A stretch of DNA of 64,000 nt, taken from NCBI GenBank assembly GCA_036381015.1, contig DASVDR010000046.1:1721-65720 (forward strand), in the 5' to 3' direction. Under the pieces are notes generated by a model that saw only the letters and a program-made list of their open reading frames with translations, did no database searches and was not told the origin of the DNA. Below are positions 46,346 to 55,323 of the stretch, in pieces; the first letter of the stretch is position 1; the number at the start of each line of letters is the position of its first letter. The DNA is from Gammaproteobacteria bacterium (GTDB lineage Bacteria; Pseudomonadota; Gammaproteobacteria; Steroidobacterales; Rariloculaceae). Position numbers and translations under genes: made by a program.

Positions 46346-47161
46346 ATGCGTTACGGCCATGGATTCCCGGCGGCGGCAGCCGCCGTCGTGCTCTCGGCGG
46401 CACCCCCGCTCGCTTGCGCGGACGACGGCTCGGAGAAGGAGTCGCCCTGGGAGATCGGCATCGCGCTCGGCTACGGCGAACGCACCAACCCGCTCATTCA
46501 GTCGGACGACATCGACATCCTCGTGGACATCGACATCGCCTGGTTCGGCGAGCGCTGGTTCTTCGACAACGGAGACGTGGGCCTCACCCTGCGCAATGAC
46601 GAGCGCTTCACGCTGAACGTAATCGGCCGCATCAATAGCGACCGTCTGTTCTTCAGCAAGACCGACACGGAGCATGTCTCCGTATTCAACTTCGGCGAAA
46701 GTACGCTCGAGCCCATAGAGGTACCGGATCGAGACTACGCGTTCGAGGTCGGTCTCGAGCTTCTCACCGACGGCGAGTGGGGCTACCTGCAGCTCGCCGC
46801 CCACCACGACGTCAGCGACCGGCACCACGGCTACGAGCTGTATGCCGACTACGGCCGCCGCTTCCGCCGGCAGCGCTGGTCCTTCGAGCCGTCCTTCGGC
46901 TTCAGCTGGAAGAGCAAGGATCTGAACGACTACTACTGGGGCGTGCGCGTGGACGAGGCGAACTCTCGCTTGCAAGTCTACCGTCCCGACGCGGGCCTCA
47001 ATGCCCACGCGCGGGTCGCCGCGAGCTACCAGCTCGACCGACATTGGACGTTCCAGGCCGCGGCCGAGTACGAGCGCCTGAACGACGAGGCGGCGGACAG
47101 CCCGCTCGTCGCGGACCGCTCCGTGCGCAGCGCCTTCGCCGGCTTCAGCTATCACTTCTAG
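46346..47161 (+). CDS. MipA/OmpV-family outer-membrane protein
   Basis: Signal peptide AAAAVVLSAAPPLACADD. Alternating beta-strand pattern and a terminal aromatic residue (AFAGFSYHF). WEIGIALGYGERTNP is typical of MipA. Confidence 0.85.
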   Translation: MRYGHGFPAAAAAVVLSAAPPLACADDGSEKESPWEIGIALGYGERTNPLIQSDDIDILVDIDIAWFGERWFFDNGDVGLTLRNDERFTLNVIGRINSDRLFFSKTDTEHVSVFNFGESTLEPIEVPDRDYAFEVGLELLTDGEWGYLQLAAHHDVSDRHHGYELYADYGRRFRRQRWSFEPSFGFSWKSKDLNDYYWGVRVDEANSRLQVYRPDAGLNAHARVAASYQLDRHWTFQAAAEYERLNDEAADSPLVADRSVRSAFAGFSYHF

Positions 47162-47229
47162 ACGATAAAGGCGCACGTCGAGACCCGGCCGTGCGGCGGC
47201 CTCGGCTTGATCGGTCGAGAGGCGCTGCG

Positions 47230-48522
47230 CTAGGCGGCCTCCGTTTCGCGCCTCGGCCAGGACACGACGATGCGGGCGCCGCCGAGCTCCGACCGCTCGG
47301 CGCGCGCCGTGCCGCCGTGCAACGCCGCGATGCGGGCGACGATGGCAAGGCCCAAGCCGTAGCCGCCGGTGCCGCGGCTGCGGCTGTCGTCGATGCGGGC
47401 GAACGCCTTGAAGACGGCGTCGCGCTGCTCCTCCGGGATGCCCGGGCCGTCGTCCTCGACCGCGAGGACGTGGTTCTTCGCGTCGCTCGTGAAACCGATG
47501 CGCACGCGGTGCACCGCGTAACGGCAAGCGTTGACGAGCAGGTTCGAGAGCGCAAGATCCATCATCCTCGGGTCCATGTACACGGCGCCGGTCGGCGCGT
47601 CGTGCTCGACGCGCTGCCCCTCGCGCAGCAGGCATTTGCCCGCGGCCTGCTCCACGAGCTCGCCGATCGGCGTGAGCTGCCACCTCACCTCGGTGTCGGG
47701 ATGGTCGAGGCGCGCGAACTCGAGCATCGCGCCGATCAGCCGGTCGATCTCGTGCACGTCCTCGCCGATCGACTCGAGCTCGGCGGCGATCGGCGCCTTC
47801 TGCGCGATCACCGCCATCGCGAACTTGATACGCGCGAGCGGTGTGCGGATCTCGTGCGACAGCGCGCTCGTCAAGTCCTTCTGTCCTTGTATCAATGCAC
47901 GGATGCGCGCCGCCATCTCGTCGAAGCTTCCGGCGAGCTCCTCGAGCGTGCCGGCCTTGTCGCGCGTGACCATCGGCTGGCGATAATCCGCGGCGAAGTC
48001 ACGCGCCGCCGTCGTGAGAAGATCCACATCGCGAATCAGCGGCCATAGCCAGATCCCGACGAGCACGAATATCGAGAGATAGAACAGGTGCGGAACCAAG
48101 CTCATGAGCCGGCTCTGCGGCGAGTCGGCGGGAAGAGGGCCGATCTGGAGGGCCGCACCGAGCGTTGCGGACGGCCGGAAGAACGTCGAGCGTCCCTTCT
48201 CGTCGAAAAGCTCCTGCGTGCCTTCCGGCGTCTCACCGACGTGCACGACCGCGTCGAGCGGCAGCAGTCTGACGGGGAAGCCGAGCTCGCGCTCGAGCTC
48301 CTCGACCACGGCGGGCCGCTCCTCGGCCGCAGCCTCGGCGAGCCGGCGCTCGATGAGCTTCAGGTTGCCTTCGACCCAGCCCGTCGTCGTCGGCGCGCGC
48401 GCCTCCTGCAAACGGCCGAAGCCGTAGTCGAAGAGCGCCGCGGTGGCGACGAGCCCGCCGACGATCACGATGTACGTGCGGAACAGCAGCCGGCCGTGCC
48501 GGCGCGGCGAGAGCAGCCCCAT
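47230..48522 (-). CDS. Two-component sensor histidine kinase (2 TM + HAMP + HisKA + HATPase_c)
   Basis: H-box LSHEIRTPLARI, N-box LVNACRYA, G-boxes EDDGPGIP and GGYGLGLAIV. Confidence 0.9.
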   Translation of the reverse strand: MGLLSPRRHGRLLFRTYIVIVGGLVATAALFDYGFGRLQEARAPTTTGWVEGNLKLIERRLAEAAAEERPAVVEELERELGFPVRLLPLDAVVHVGETPEGTQELFDEKGRSTFFRPSATLGAALQIGPLPADSPQSRLMSLVPHLFYLSIFVLVGIWLWPLIRDVDLLTTAARDFAADYRQPMVTRDKAGTLEELAGSFDEMAARIRALIQGQKDLTSALSHEIRTPLARIKFAMAVIAQKAPIAAELESIGEDVHEIDRLIGAMLEFARLDHPDTEVRWQLTPIGELVEQAAGKCLLREGQRVEHDAPTGAVYMDPRMMDLALSNLLVNACRYAVHRVRIGFTSDAKNHVLAVEDDGPGIPEEQRDAVFKAFARIDDSRSRGTGGYGLGLAIVARIAALHGGTARAERSELGGARIVVSWPRRETEAA

Positions 48523-48529
48523 AGGCCGA

Positions 48530-49237
48530 TCACCAGGCGTCAGGCACCAGCAAATACCCCTTGCCCCACACGGTGCGGATGCGCTTCGGCGCGAGCCCGT
48601 CGTCGCCGAGCTTCTTGCGCAGCCTGGAAATGCGGCCGTCGATCGACCGATCGAGGCCGTCGTAGTCGATGCCGCGCACCTGCTTGAAGAGCTCGTCGCG
48701 GCTGAGAATCGTGCCGGCCGATCGTGCGAGCACGCGAAGCAGCTCGAATTCCTGCGTCGTCAGAGCGATCTCGCGGCCCTCGAGCCACACGCGGTGAGAC
48801 GCCTCGCTCACGCGCAGGCTCCCGAGCACGATGTCGCCCGGCACGCCGTCCGCCGCCTGCCCGTTGTCGGCACGGCGCAGCAGCGCGCGGATACGGGCGA
48901 GCAGCACCATCGGCTCGGCCGGCTTCGCGACGTAGTCGTCGGCGCCCGCCTCGAGGCCGATGACTTGATCGATGTCGGCGTCCTTCGCCGTCAGCATCAG
49001 GATCGGACCCTTGAACGTCTGACGCAGCTCCCGGCAGATCGTCAGCCCGTCCTTGCCGGGCAGCATCAGGTCGAGCAGCACGAGCCGCGGGCGCGCCTCG
49101 TGAAACCGCGCCACGGCCGCCGCGCCGTTCGACTCGACGGTGACCGCGAGGCCGTTCTGACGCAAGTACCGGCTCGTGAGCTCGGCGAGGCGCGCATCGT
49201 CCTCCACGAGCAGCACGTCCACGGGCTCGTTGCTCAT
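48530..49237 (-). CDS. OmpR-family response regulator
   Basis: VLLVEDDARL ... LLDLMLPGKDG ... winged helix LTTQEFELLRVLA ... VWGKGY. The ATG at 49237 overlaps the upstream stop (ATGA). Confidence 0.9.
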   Translation of the reverse strand: MSNEPVDVLLVEDDARLAELTSRYLRQNGLAVTVESNGAAAVARFHEARPRLVLLDLMLPGKDGLTICRELRQTFKGPILMLTAKDADIDQVIGLEAGADDYVAKPAEPMVLLARIRALLRRADNGQAADGVPGDIVLGSLRVSEASHRVWLEGREIALTTQEFELLRVLARSAGTILSRDELFKQVRGIDYDGLDRSIDGRISRLRKKLGDDGLAPKRIRTVWGKGYLLVPDAW

Positions 49238-49668
49238 AGGATGTCCCATACATGGCGGCGCCGCCGGTTGCGCCGGCGGTCGTCCGAATCGGTCGTCATC
49301 ACCTCGAGCGTGGCCTCCGCGAGGCGCACCTCGGATCCGCCTTCGGTCAGCCAGTACCTGATGGTTTCAGTGAGCACACGCTCTTCCACGAACATTCCCG
49401 ACGCCGCGAGCGCCCAGCAGCGAAGAGGTCCGTCCGCGACATCGCTGTGCAGGCAGTACGCTCCGGCGTCGTCGCTGTGCCAAGACACCAGGATAGAGAT
49501 CGCGCAGCCGTCTTCACGCCGGTCCGTGATGCACAGCACGGGCTTGACGGTCAGCGCGACCCGGCCCTCCGCGGCATACGCAGCGGCACCGAAACCGGCG
49601 ACCGCCACGAGGAATGCGCCGAACGCCCAACCGACCGCGGCGCCGCAATCATCGCAGACGCGCAGCAC
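49234..49668 (-). CDS. Small exported Cys-containing protein (DUF3019-like, from memory)
   Basis: The distal part of the track ORF reads ...AFGAFLVAVAGFGAAAYAAEGRVALTVKPVLCITDRREDGCAISILVSWHSDDAGAYCLHSDVADGPLRCW. Its stop is coupled to the response-regulator ATG. A GTG at 49668 is proposed as the start (uncertain). Confidence 0.55.
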   Translation of the reverse strand: MLRVCDDCGAAVGWAFGAFLVAVAGFGAAAYAAEGRVALTVKPVLCITDRREDGCAISILVSWHSDDAGAYCLHSDVADGPLRCWALAASGMFVEERVLTETIRYWLTEGGSEVRLAEATLEVMTTDSDDRRRNRRRRHVWDIL

Positions 49669-50031
49669 ACGCTTCGCGCAAATCTGTATCGACTTTGTGA
49701 GCAACTGTGACCGGACGGCAGACCATTCCAGTTTGCCGCCGTCGCGGCCCGCGGCCGGCGAGTGCGGCACGGACCGCGTTCGCGCGAATTGTTGCGCAGC
49801 CCCGGCTGCATGGCAACGGCCGTTCGTCGCTCGGCCGCGCGGCGCGTGCGGCGAACGGCTTCGACAAATCGCACAAACAATGCACACAGAGTCCGCGCGC
49901 GCGGGCGACTAGGCTGCGCGCACCTGGCGCACCGCACGACTTCGACGGTCGCGAAAAGGGACTTTCGCGGTCTGTCGATCGGGCGGCGCGCCAGGCGACT
50001 AGTCGCGGGCAAGACGCCCGAGGAGGACAAG

Positions 50032-51177
50032 GTGGACCGGAGAAGAAGAAAAGCGGTATCGGCGGCACTGACCGGAACCGGCATCGCGGTCGTCATCGTC
50101 GCGGCGATCGCCGGAATCAAGGCGCTTCAGATCGCGGCGATCGGCGAGGCGTTCGCCACGCAAGTCGCCCCGCCCACGCCGGTCAACAGCGTCGACGTGG
50201 AGCGGCGGCCGTGGCAACGGCAGGTGTCGTCCGTGGGGTCGGTGGTCGCGGTGCAGGGCACGGAGGTCAGCACCGAAGCCGACGGCGTCGTGCGCGAGAT
50301 TTTGTTCGAGCCGGGATCGGAGGTCCAAGCCGGCGACGCGCTCGTGAGGCTCGACGACGAGATCGAGCAGAGCCAGCTCCGCGCCGCGGAGGCGGCAGCC
50401 CACCTCGCGCTCCTGACGTTCGAGCGGGCGAAGCGGCTGATCGCGGAGAACGCGATCTCGCGCTCCGAGCTCGAGTCGGCCGAAGCCGCCTGGAAGCAGG
50501 CGAACGCGGAAGTGGACAACCTCCGCGCGGTGATCGCGAAGAAGGTCGTGCGGGCGCCGTTCGCGGGCAAGCTCGGCATCCGCCGCGTGAGCATCGGGGA
50601 TTTCCTGACGAAAGGAACGCCGGTCGTGTCGTTGCAGTCCCTCGACCCGGTGTTCGTCGAGTTTTCCGTGCCGCAACGGCGGCTCGGCGAGCTCGCGGCG
50701 GGCCAGCGGGTCGTCGCGACGGTCGATGCCTATGCCGACGAACGGTTCACCGGAGAGATCACGGCGATCGAGCCGCAGGTGGATCGCGCGACCCGCAACG
50801 TCCGCGTCCAGGCGACGTTCCCGAACGGCGACCGGCGGCTGCGGCCCGGCATGTTCGTGTCAGTGGACGTGCTGCTCGAGCGCGCCGATCCCGTGCTCGT
50901 GATTCCGGCGACCGCGGTCGTGCACGCGCCGCACGGCGACTCCGTGTTCGTGATCGAGCCGGCCGAGTCGGCCGGCGGCGACGGGCTGGTCGTGACCGAG
51001 CGTCCGGTGCAGCTCGGCGCACGCCGCGGCGATTTCGTGGTCGTCGAGAGCGGCGTCGCGGAGCACGAGCGGATCGTCGCGACCGGCGTCTTCAAGCTGA
51101 GCGCCGGCATGCCCGTCGTCGTCGATAACGGGCTTCGGCCCGAGTTCGCGCTCTCGCCGAGCCCCGGCAACGGCTGA
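50032..51177 (+). CDS. RND efflux periplasmic adaptor (membrane fusion protein)
   Basis: GTG at 50032 with AGGAGG 8 nt upstream. TM anchor, then lipoyl/hairpin/beta-barrel pattern (VQAGDALVRLDD ... coiled coil ... VVRAPFAGKLGIRRVSIGDFL). Confidence 0.85.
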   Translation: MDRRRRKAVSAALTGTGIAVVIVAAIAGIKALQIAAIGEAFATQVAPPTPVNSVDVERRPWQRQVSSVGSVVAVQGTEVSTEADGVVREILFEPGSEVQAGDALVRLDDEIEQSQLRAAEAAAHLALLTFERAKRLIAENAISRSELESAEAAWKQANAEVDNLRAVIAKKVVRAPFAGKLGIRRVSIGDFLTKGTPVVSLQSLDPVFVEFSVPQRRLGELAAGQRVVATVDAYADERFTGEITAIEPQVDRATRNVRVQATFPNGDRRLRPGMFVSVDVLLERADPVLVIPATAVVHAPHGDSVFVIEPAESAGGDGLVVTERPVQLGARRGDFVVVESGVAEHERIVATGVFKLSAGMPVVVDNGLRPEFALSPSPGNG

Positions 51178-51227
51178 CAAAGGCGGGGCCGAAGCCGGGC
51201 AATGAAACGAATGAAGGAGCTGCGCCC

Positions 51228-54200
51228 ATGAAGAGCTTCACCGACGCCTTCGTCGGCCGGCCGGTGCTCGCGATCGTCGTGAGCGCCGTGATCGTGATCG
51301 CGGGCCTGAACGCGTGGTCGTCGCTGAGCGTGCGCCAATATCCGCGCAGCGACAACGCGGTCGTGAACATCTCTACCGTGTACGTCGGCGCCAGCGCGGA
51401 GGTCGTGCGCGGTTTCGTCACGAGCGCGATCGAGCGCGCGATCGCGTCGGTCGACGGCATCGAGTACGTCGAGTCGAAGAGCCTGCTCGGCCTCTCGCTC
51501 GTGAGCGCACGGCTGAAGCTCAACTACGACCCGACCAAGGCCCTCGTCGACATCACGGCGAAGGTGAACCAAGTGCGCAACGAGCTGCCCGCGGAAGCCG
51601 AGATTCCGTCGATCAGCGTGCAAAGCGCGGACTCGGACTTCGCGGCGGCCTACCTGAGCTTCTCGTCGAGCACGCGCTCGCAGAGCGAGATCACCGATTA
51701 TCTCGTGCGCAGCGTGCAGCCGCGGCTCGCGGCGCTCACCGGCGTTCAGGACGTGCAAATTTTCGGCGCGCGGACCTATGCGATGCGCGTGTGGCTCGAT
51801 CCGGACCGCATGGCGGCCTTCGACGTGAGCCCGGCGGACGTGCGCGCGGCGCTCGCGGCCAACAACTATCTCGCCGCGGTCGGCAGCACGAAGGGCGCAC
51901 TGGTCCAGGTCAACCTGACGGCGAACACCGATCTGCACACGGCCGAGGAGTTTCGACGGCTCGTGATCCGGCGGGAGAACGGTGCGCTCGTGCGGCTCGG
52001 GGACGTCGCGGAGGTCGAGCTCGGCGCCGAGGACTACGACACGCGCGTGACGATGAACGGCCAGTCCGCGGTGTTCGTCGGCATCCTGACGCTCCCGACC
52101 GCCAACACGATCGAGGTGATCGATCGGGTCCGGTCCGAGCTCGCGGAGATTCGCCGCGACCTGCCGAGCGGCATCGAGGCCGACATCGCGTACGACGCAT
52201 CCGAGTACATCGAGAACGCGATCAGCGAGGTCGAAGGCACGCTCGTCGACACGCTCATGATCGTCGTGCTCGTGATCTTCCTGTTTCTGGGGTCTATGCG
52301 GTCTGTGCTGGTGCCGCTGGTCGCGATTCCCGTCTCGCTGATCGGCGGCGTTTTTCTCATGCAGGTCTTCGGCTTTACGCTGAACCTGCTCACGCTTCTC
52401 GCGATCGTGCTCGCGGTCGGCCTCGTCGTCGACGACGCGATCGTGATGGTCGAGAACGTCGAGCGGCACATCCGGCAGGGACTCGCTCCGCTGGAGGCGG
52501 CGCGGCGCGGCGCGCGCGAGCTGGCCGCCCCGATCGTTTCGATGACGATCACGCTCGCGGCGGTTTACACGCCGATCGGGCTGCAAGGCGGCCTCACGGG
52601 CGCGCTCTTCCGGGAGTTCGCGTTGACGCTTGCGGGCGCGGTCGCGATCTCGGGGATCGTCGCGCTCACGCTGTCGCCGATGATGGCGGCGAAGCTCCTG
52701 CGCTCCGATCGCGAGCGGCAGAGCTTCGCCGGCTGGGGCGCCTTCACCTTCGATCGGCTGCGGGACGCGTATGGCGGCGCCCTCGACCGCACGCTGCGAT
52801 CGCGGCCGGCGGTTTACGCCGTGTGGGCCGTGCTGAGCCTGCTCGCGGTGCCGATGTACATGCTCTCGCCGAAGGAGCTCGCGCCGCTCGAGGACCAAGG
52901 CTTCGTGTTCGGCATCATTCAGAACCAGGCGAACGCGTCCGCCGATCAGAAGGCGCACTACGGACGCGCGGTCGAGCAGGTGTTTCTCGACGCGCCGGAG
53001 CGCGATCTCACGTTCCAGCTGCTGCTGTCGCCGACCGACCCGATGAGCGTCGCGCAAGGCGTGGGCGGCTTCGGCGGCATGGTGCTGAAGCCATGGAGCG
53101 AGCGCGAGCGCAGCGTCGCCGAGATCCTGCCGGAGATCCAGGCGCGACTCGCGGCGATTCCCGGCCTGCAGGTGTATGCCGGCCGCCCGCCGGCGCTGCC
53201 CGGCGGCAGCAACTACCCGGTCGAGATGGTCATCACGTCGACGGCCGAGCCCGAGGAGATGCTCGAGTTCGCGCTCGAGCTTCGGCGGAGAGCCGCGGAG
53301 AGCGGCGTCTTCTACTATCCGCCGGAAATCGATTTGAAGTACGACCAGCCGCAGACCGAGATCGTGATCGACTATGACAAAGCGGCGGCGCTCGGTCTGA
53401 GCAACGCGCAGATCGGCGCGGATCTCGCGGCCGCGCTCGGCGGGAACTACGTCAACCGCTTCAACATCGACGGGCGCGCGTACAAGGTCATTCCGCAGAT
53501 CGAGCGCGCGGAGCGTCTGACGCCGGAGCAGCTGCAGAACATTTTCGTGACCGGACCGCAAGGCGAGCTCGTGCCGCTCGCGACGATCGCGACGCTCCGG
53601 GATACGACCGTGCCGCGGTCGCTGAACCGCTTCCAGCAGCTGAATGCGATCAAGCTTTCGGGCATGACCGCGCAGATCGATGCGGGCCTCAAAGTCCTGG
53701 AGGCCGCGGCGAAGGAGATTCTGCCGCCGGGCTACACGGTCGACTACACCGGCGAATCGCGGCAGCTGCGCACGGAGGGCGGCAAATTCTTACCGGCGCT
53801 CGGGCTCGCGGTCCTCGCGATCTTTCTCGTGCTCGCGGTGCAATTCAACTCGTTCCGGGATCCGCTCGTGATCCTGCTCGGGTCCGTGCCGCTCGCGATG
53901 TTCGGCGCGCTGATCTTCACCGTCCTGAAGATGCCCGACATCGGTCTGCCCTACTTCACGGACGGCTGGACGACGACGATGAACATCTACGCGCAGGTCG
54001 GGCTCGTCACGCTCGTCGGCCTGGTCGCGAAGAACGGCATCCTGATCGTCGAGTTCGCGAACAAGATGCAGGTGCTCGGAAAGAGCAAGCTCGAAGCCGT
54101 GAGAGAGGCGGCGATCACGCGTCTGCGCCCGGTGCTGATGACGTCGGTCGCTACCGTGGCGGGCCATTTCCCGCTCACGCTGGTCGACGGCCCCGGTGCC

Positions 54201-54356
54201 GCGGCGCGGAACTCCATCGGGCTCGTGCTCGTCGGCGGCATGACGATCGGCACGATCTTCACGCTGTTCGTCGTCCCCGCGCTCTACGTGCTGCTCGCCA
54301 AGGAGCACCGCGAGGTCCGCACGCCGGCCCCCGCTCTGGCCGGCGCAAACGCCTGA
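51228..54356 (+). CDS. RND efflux transporter permease (AcrB/MdtB/HAE1-like)
   Basis: 1042 aa. MKSFTDAFVGRPVLAIVVSAVIVIAG, conserved TM4 LAVGLVVDDAIVMVENVERH, 12-TM duplicated architecture. Confidence 0.95.
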   Translation: MKSFTDAFVGRPVLAIVVSAVIVIAGLNAWSSLSVRQYPRSDNAVVNISTVYVGASAEVVRGFVTSAIERAIASVDGIEYVESKSLLGLSLVSARLKLNYDPTKALVDITAKVNQVRNELPAEAEIPSISVQSADSDFAAAYLSFSSSTRSQSEITDYLVRSVQPRLAALTGVQDVQIFGARTYAMRVWLDPDRMAAFDVSPADVRAALAANNYLAAVGSTKGALVQVNLTANTDLHTAEEFRRLVIRRENGALVRLGDVAEVELGAEDYDTRVTMNGQSAVFVGILTLPTANTIEVIDRVRSELAEIRRDLPSGIEADIAYDASEYIENAISEVEGTLVDTLMIVVLVIFLFLGSMRSVLVPLVAIPVSLIGGVFLMQVFGFTLNLLTLLAIVLAVGLVVDDAIVMVENVERHIRQGLAPLEAARRGARELAAPIVSMTITLAAVYTPIGLQGGLTGALFREFALTLAGAVAISGIVALTLSPMMAAKLLRSDRERQSFAGWGAFTFDRLRDAYGGALDRTLRSRPAVYAVWAVLSLLAVPMYMLSPKELAPLEDQGFVFGIIQNQANASADQKAHYGRAVEQVFLDAPERDLTFQLLLSPTDPMSVAQGVGGFGGMVLKPWSERERSVAEILPEIQARLAAIPGLQVYAGRPPALPGGSNYPVEMVITSTAEPEEMLEFALELRRRAAESGVFYYPPEIDLKYDQPQTEIVIDYDKAAALGLSNAQIGADLAAALGGNYVNRFNIDGRAYKVIPQIERAERLTPEQLQNIFVTGPQGELVPLATIATLRDTTVPRSLNRFQQLNAIKLSGMTAQIDAGLKVLEAAAKEILPPGYTVDYTGESRQLRTEGGKFLPALGLAVLAIFLVLAVQFNSFRDPLVILLGSVPLAMFGALIFTVLKMPDIGLPYFTDGWTTTMNIYAQVGLVTLVGLVAKNGILIVEFANKMQVLGKSKLEAVREAAITRLRPVLMTSVATVAGHFPLTLVDGPGAAARNSIGLVLVGGMTIGTIFTLFVVPALYVLLAKEHREVRTPAPALAGANA

Positions 54357-54379
54357 AAAAAGGCGTCTCCGCAAGAAAG

Positions 54380-54416
54380 GGTGTCTGACACTGAAAAAAG
54401 TGTCAGACACCTTTTT
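54380..54416 (+). terminator. Rho-independent terminator after the RND gene
   Basis: Perfect 13-bp stem GGTGTCTGACACT / AGTGTCAGACACC, loop GAAAAA, followed by TTTTT. Begins 24 nt after the stop codon. Confidence 0.75.
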
Positions 54417-54418
54417 CG

Positions 54419-54445
54419 GAAAAATCGTGTCTGACACGATTTTTC
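54419..54445. repeat. 27-nt perfect palindrome GAAAAATCGTGTC-T-GACACGATTTTTC sharing the GTGTCTGACAC core of the terminator
   Basis: Read directly. This is the third copy of the 11-mer GTGTC(T/A)GACAC within 57 bp. Confidence 0.8.
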
Positions 54446-54493
54446 CTGCGCCCGGTCACGGTGGAATTCGGTGCGCGGGCCTAGAGTGGCGCC

Positions 54494-55132
54494 ATGGGGT
54501 TTCCACGGCATCTGGCCGCCGCGCTGCTCGTCCTGCTTGCGGCCTGCGGCGAGCCTCCGCGCTACGACCCGCTGCCGGCCGGTGCGGTCGTGCTCGCGTT
54601 CGGCGACAGCGTCACGTACGGCACGGGCGCCGGGCGGGGCGAAAGCTACCCCTCGGTCCTCGCCGACCTCACCGGGTGGCAGATCGTGAACGCGGGAATC
54701 CCCGGTGACACGGCCCAAGAAGCCGCCGAGCGGATCTCGGGCGCGCTCCGGGAGGCGCGTCCGGCCGTTGCGATCATCGAGCTCGGCGGCAACGATTTCC
54801 TTCAGCGCCGCCCGGCGAGCGGCGTCAAGGAAGATCTTCGCGCGATCGTCACCGCCGTGCGCGATACCGGGGCGATACCGGTGCTGATCAGCGTGCCGGA
54901 GCTCTCGCTCTTCGGCGCCGTCACCGGCCGGCTCGGCGACTCGCCGATCTACGCCGCGCTCGCCGACGAGGAAAACGTGCTGCTGGTCGACGAGGTGTTC
55001 GCCGACGTCCTCTCCGACGCCGCGCTCCGCTCGGACCGCATCCATCCGAACGCCGCCGGCTACCGCATCATGGCCGAGCGAATCGCGTCAGACCTCGCCC
55101 GCGCGGGCTTGCTCGCAGGCTTCAGCGAGTAG
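54494..55132 (+). CDS. SGNH/GDSL-family arylesterase/lipase-like lipoprotein (TesA-like)
   Basis: Lipobox LLAAC. Block I AFGDSVTYG, block III GGNDF, block V DRIHPN. Confidence 0.85.
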   Translation: MGFPRHLAAALLVLLAACGEPPRYDPLPAGAVVLAFGDSVTYGTGAGRGESYPSVLADLTGWQIVNAGIPGDTAQEAAERISGALREARPAVAIIELGGNDFLQRRPASGVKEDLRAIVTAVRDTGAIPVLISVPELSLFGAVTGRLGDSPIYAALADEENVLLVDEVFADVLSDAALRSDRIHPNAAGYRIMAERIASDLARAGLLAGFSE

Positions 55133-55323
55133 CGCCGAGCGCAACCACGCCGCGCATTCCCTTTTTCGCCTCTTCAGCCCTCATTCGCCCCTGCCCTGCG
55201 CCCGGCTGCAGGAGCCCACCGTGCCGGGAGCCGGCTTTCAGAGTCCGCCGATCGCTTCGGGACCTTCCGATGGCACGACCTTTGCGTCAGTCGGGAGAGG
55301 GTCGATGACACGAGGAGTTTGGC

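Noticed and set aside
46118-47683. N-terminal 522 aa of the 924-aa minus-strand ORF 44909-47683.
   Set aside because: This part runs antisense through the well-supported mipA-family gene and has junk-like composition. A signal peptide with a proper ATG begins at 46117, giving a 402-aa product homologous to 32060-33151.
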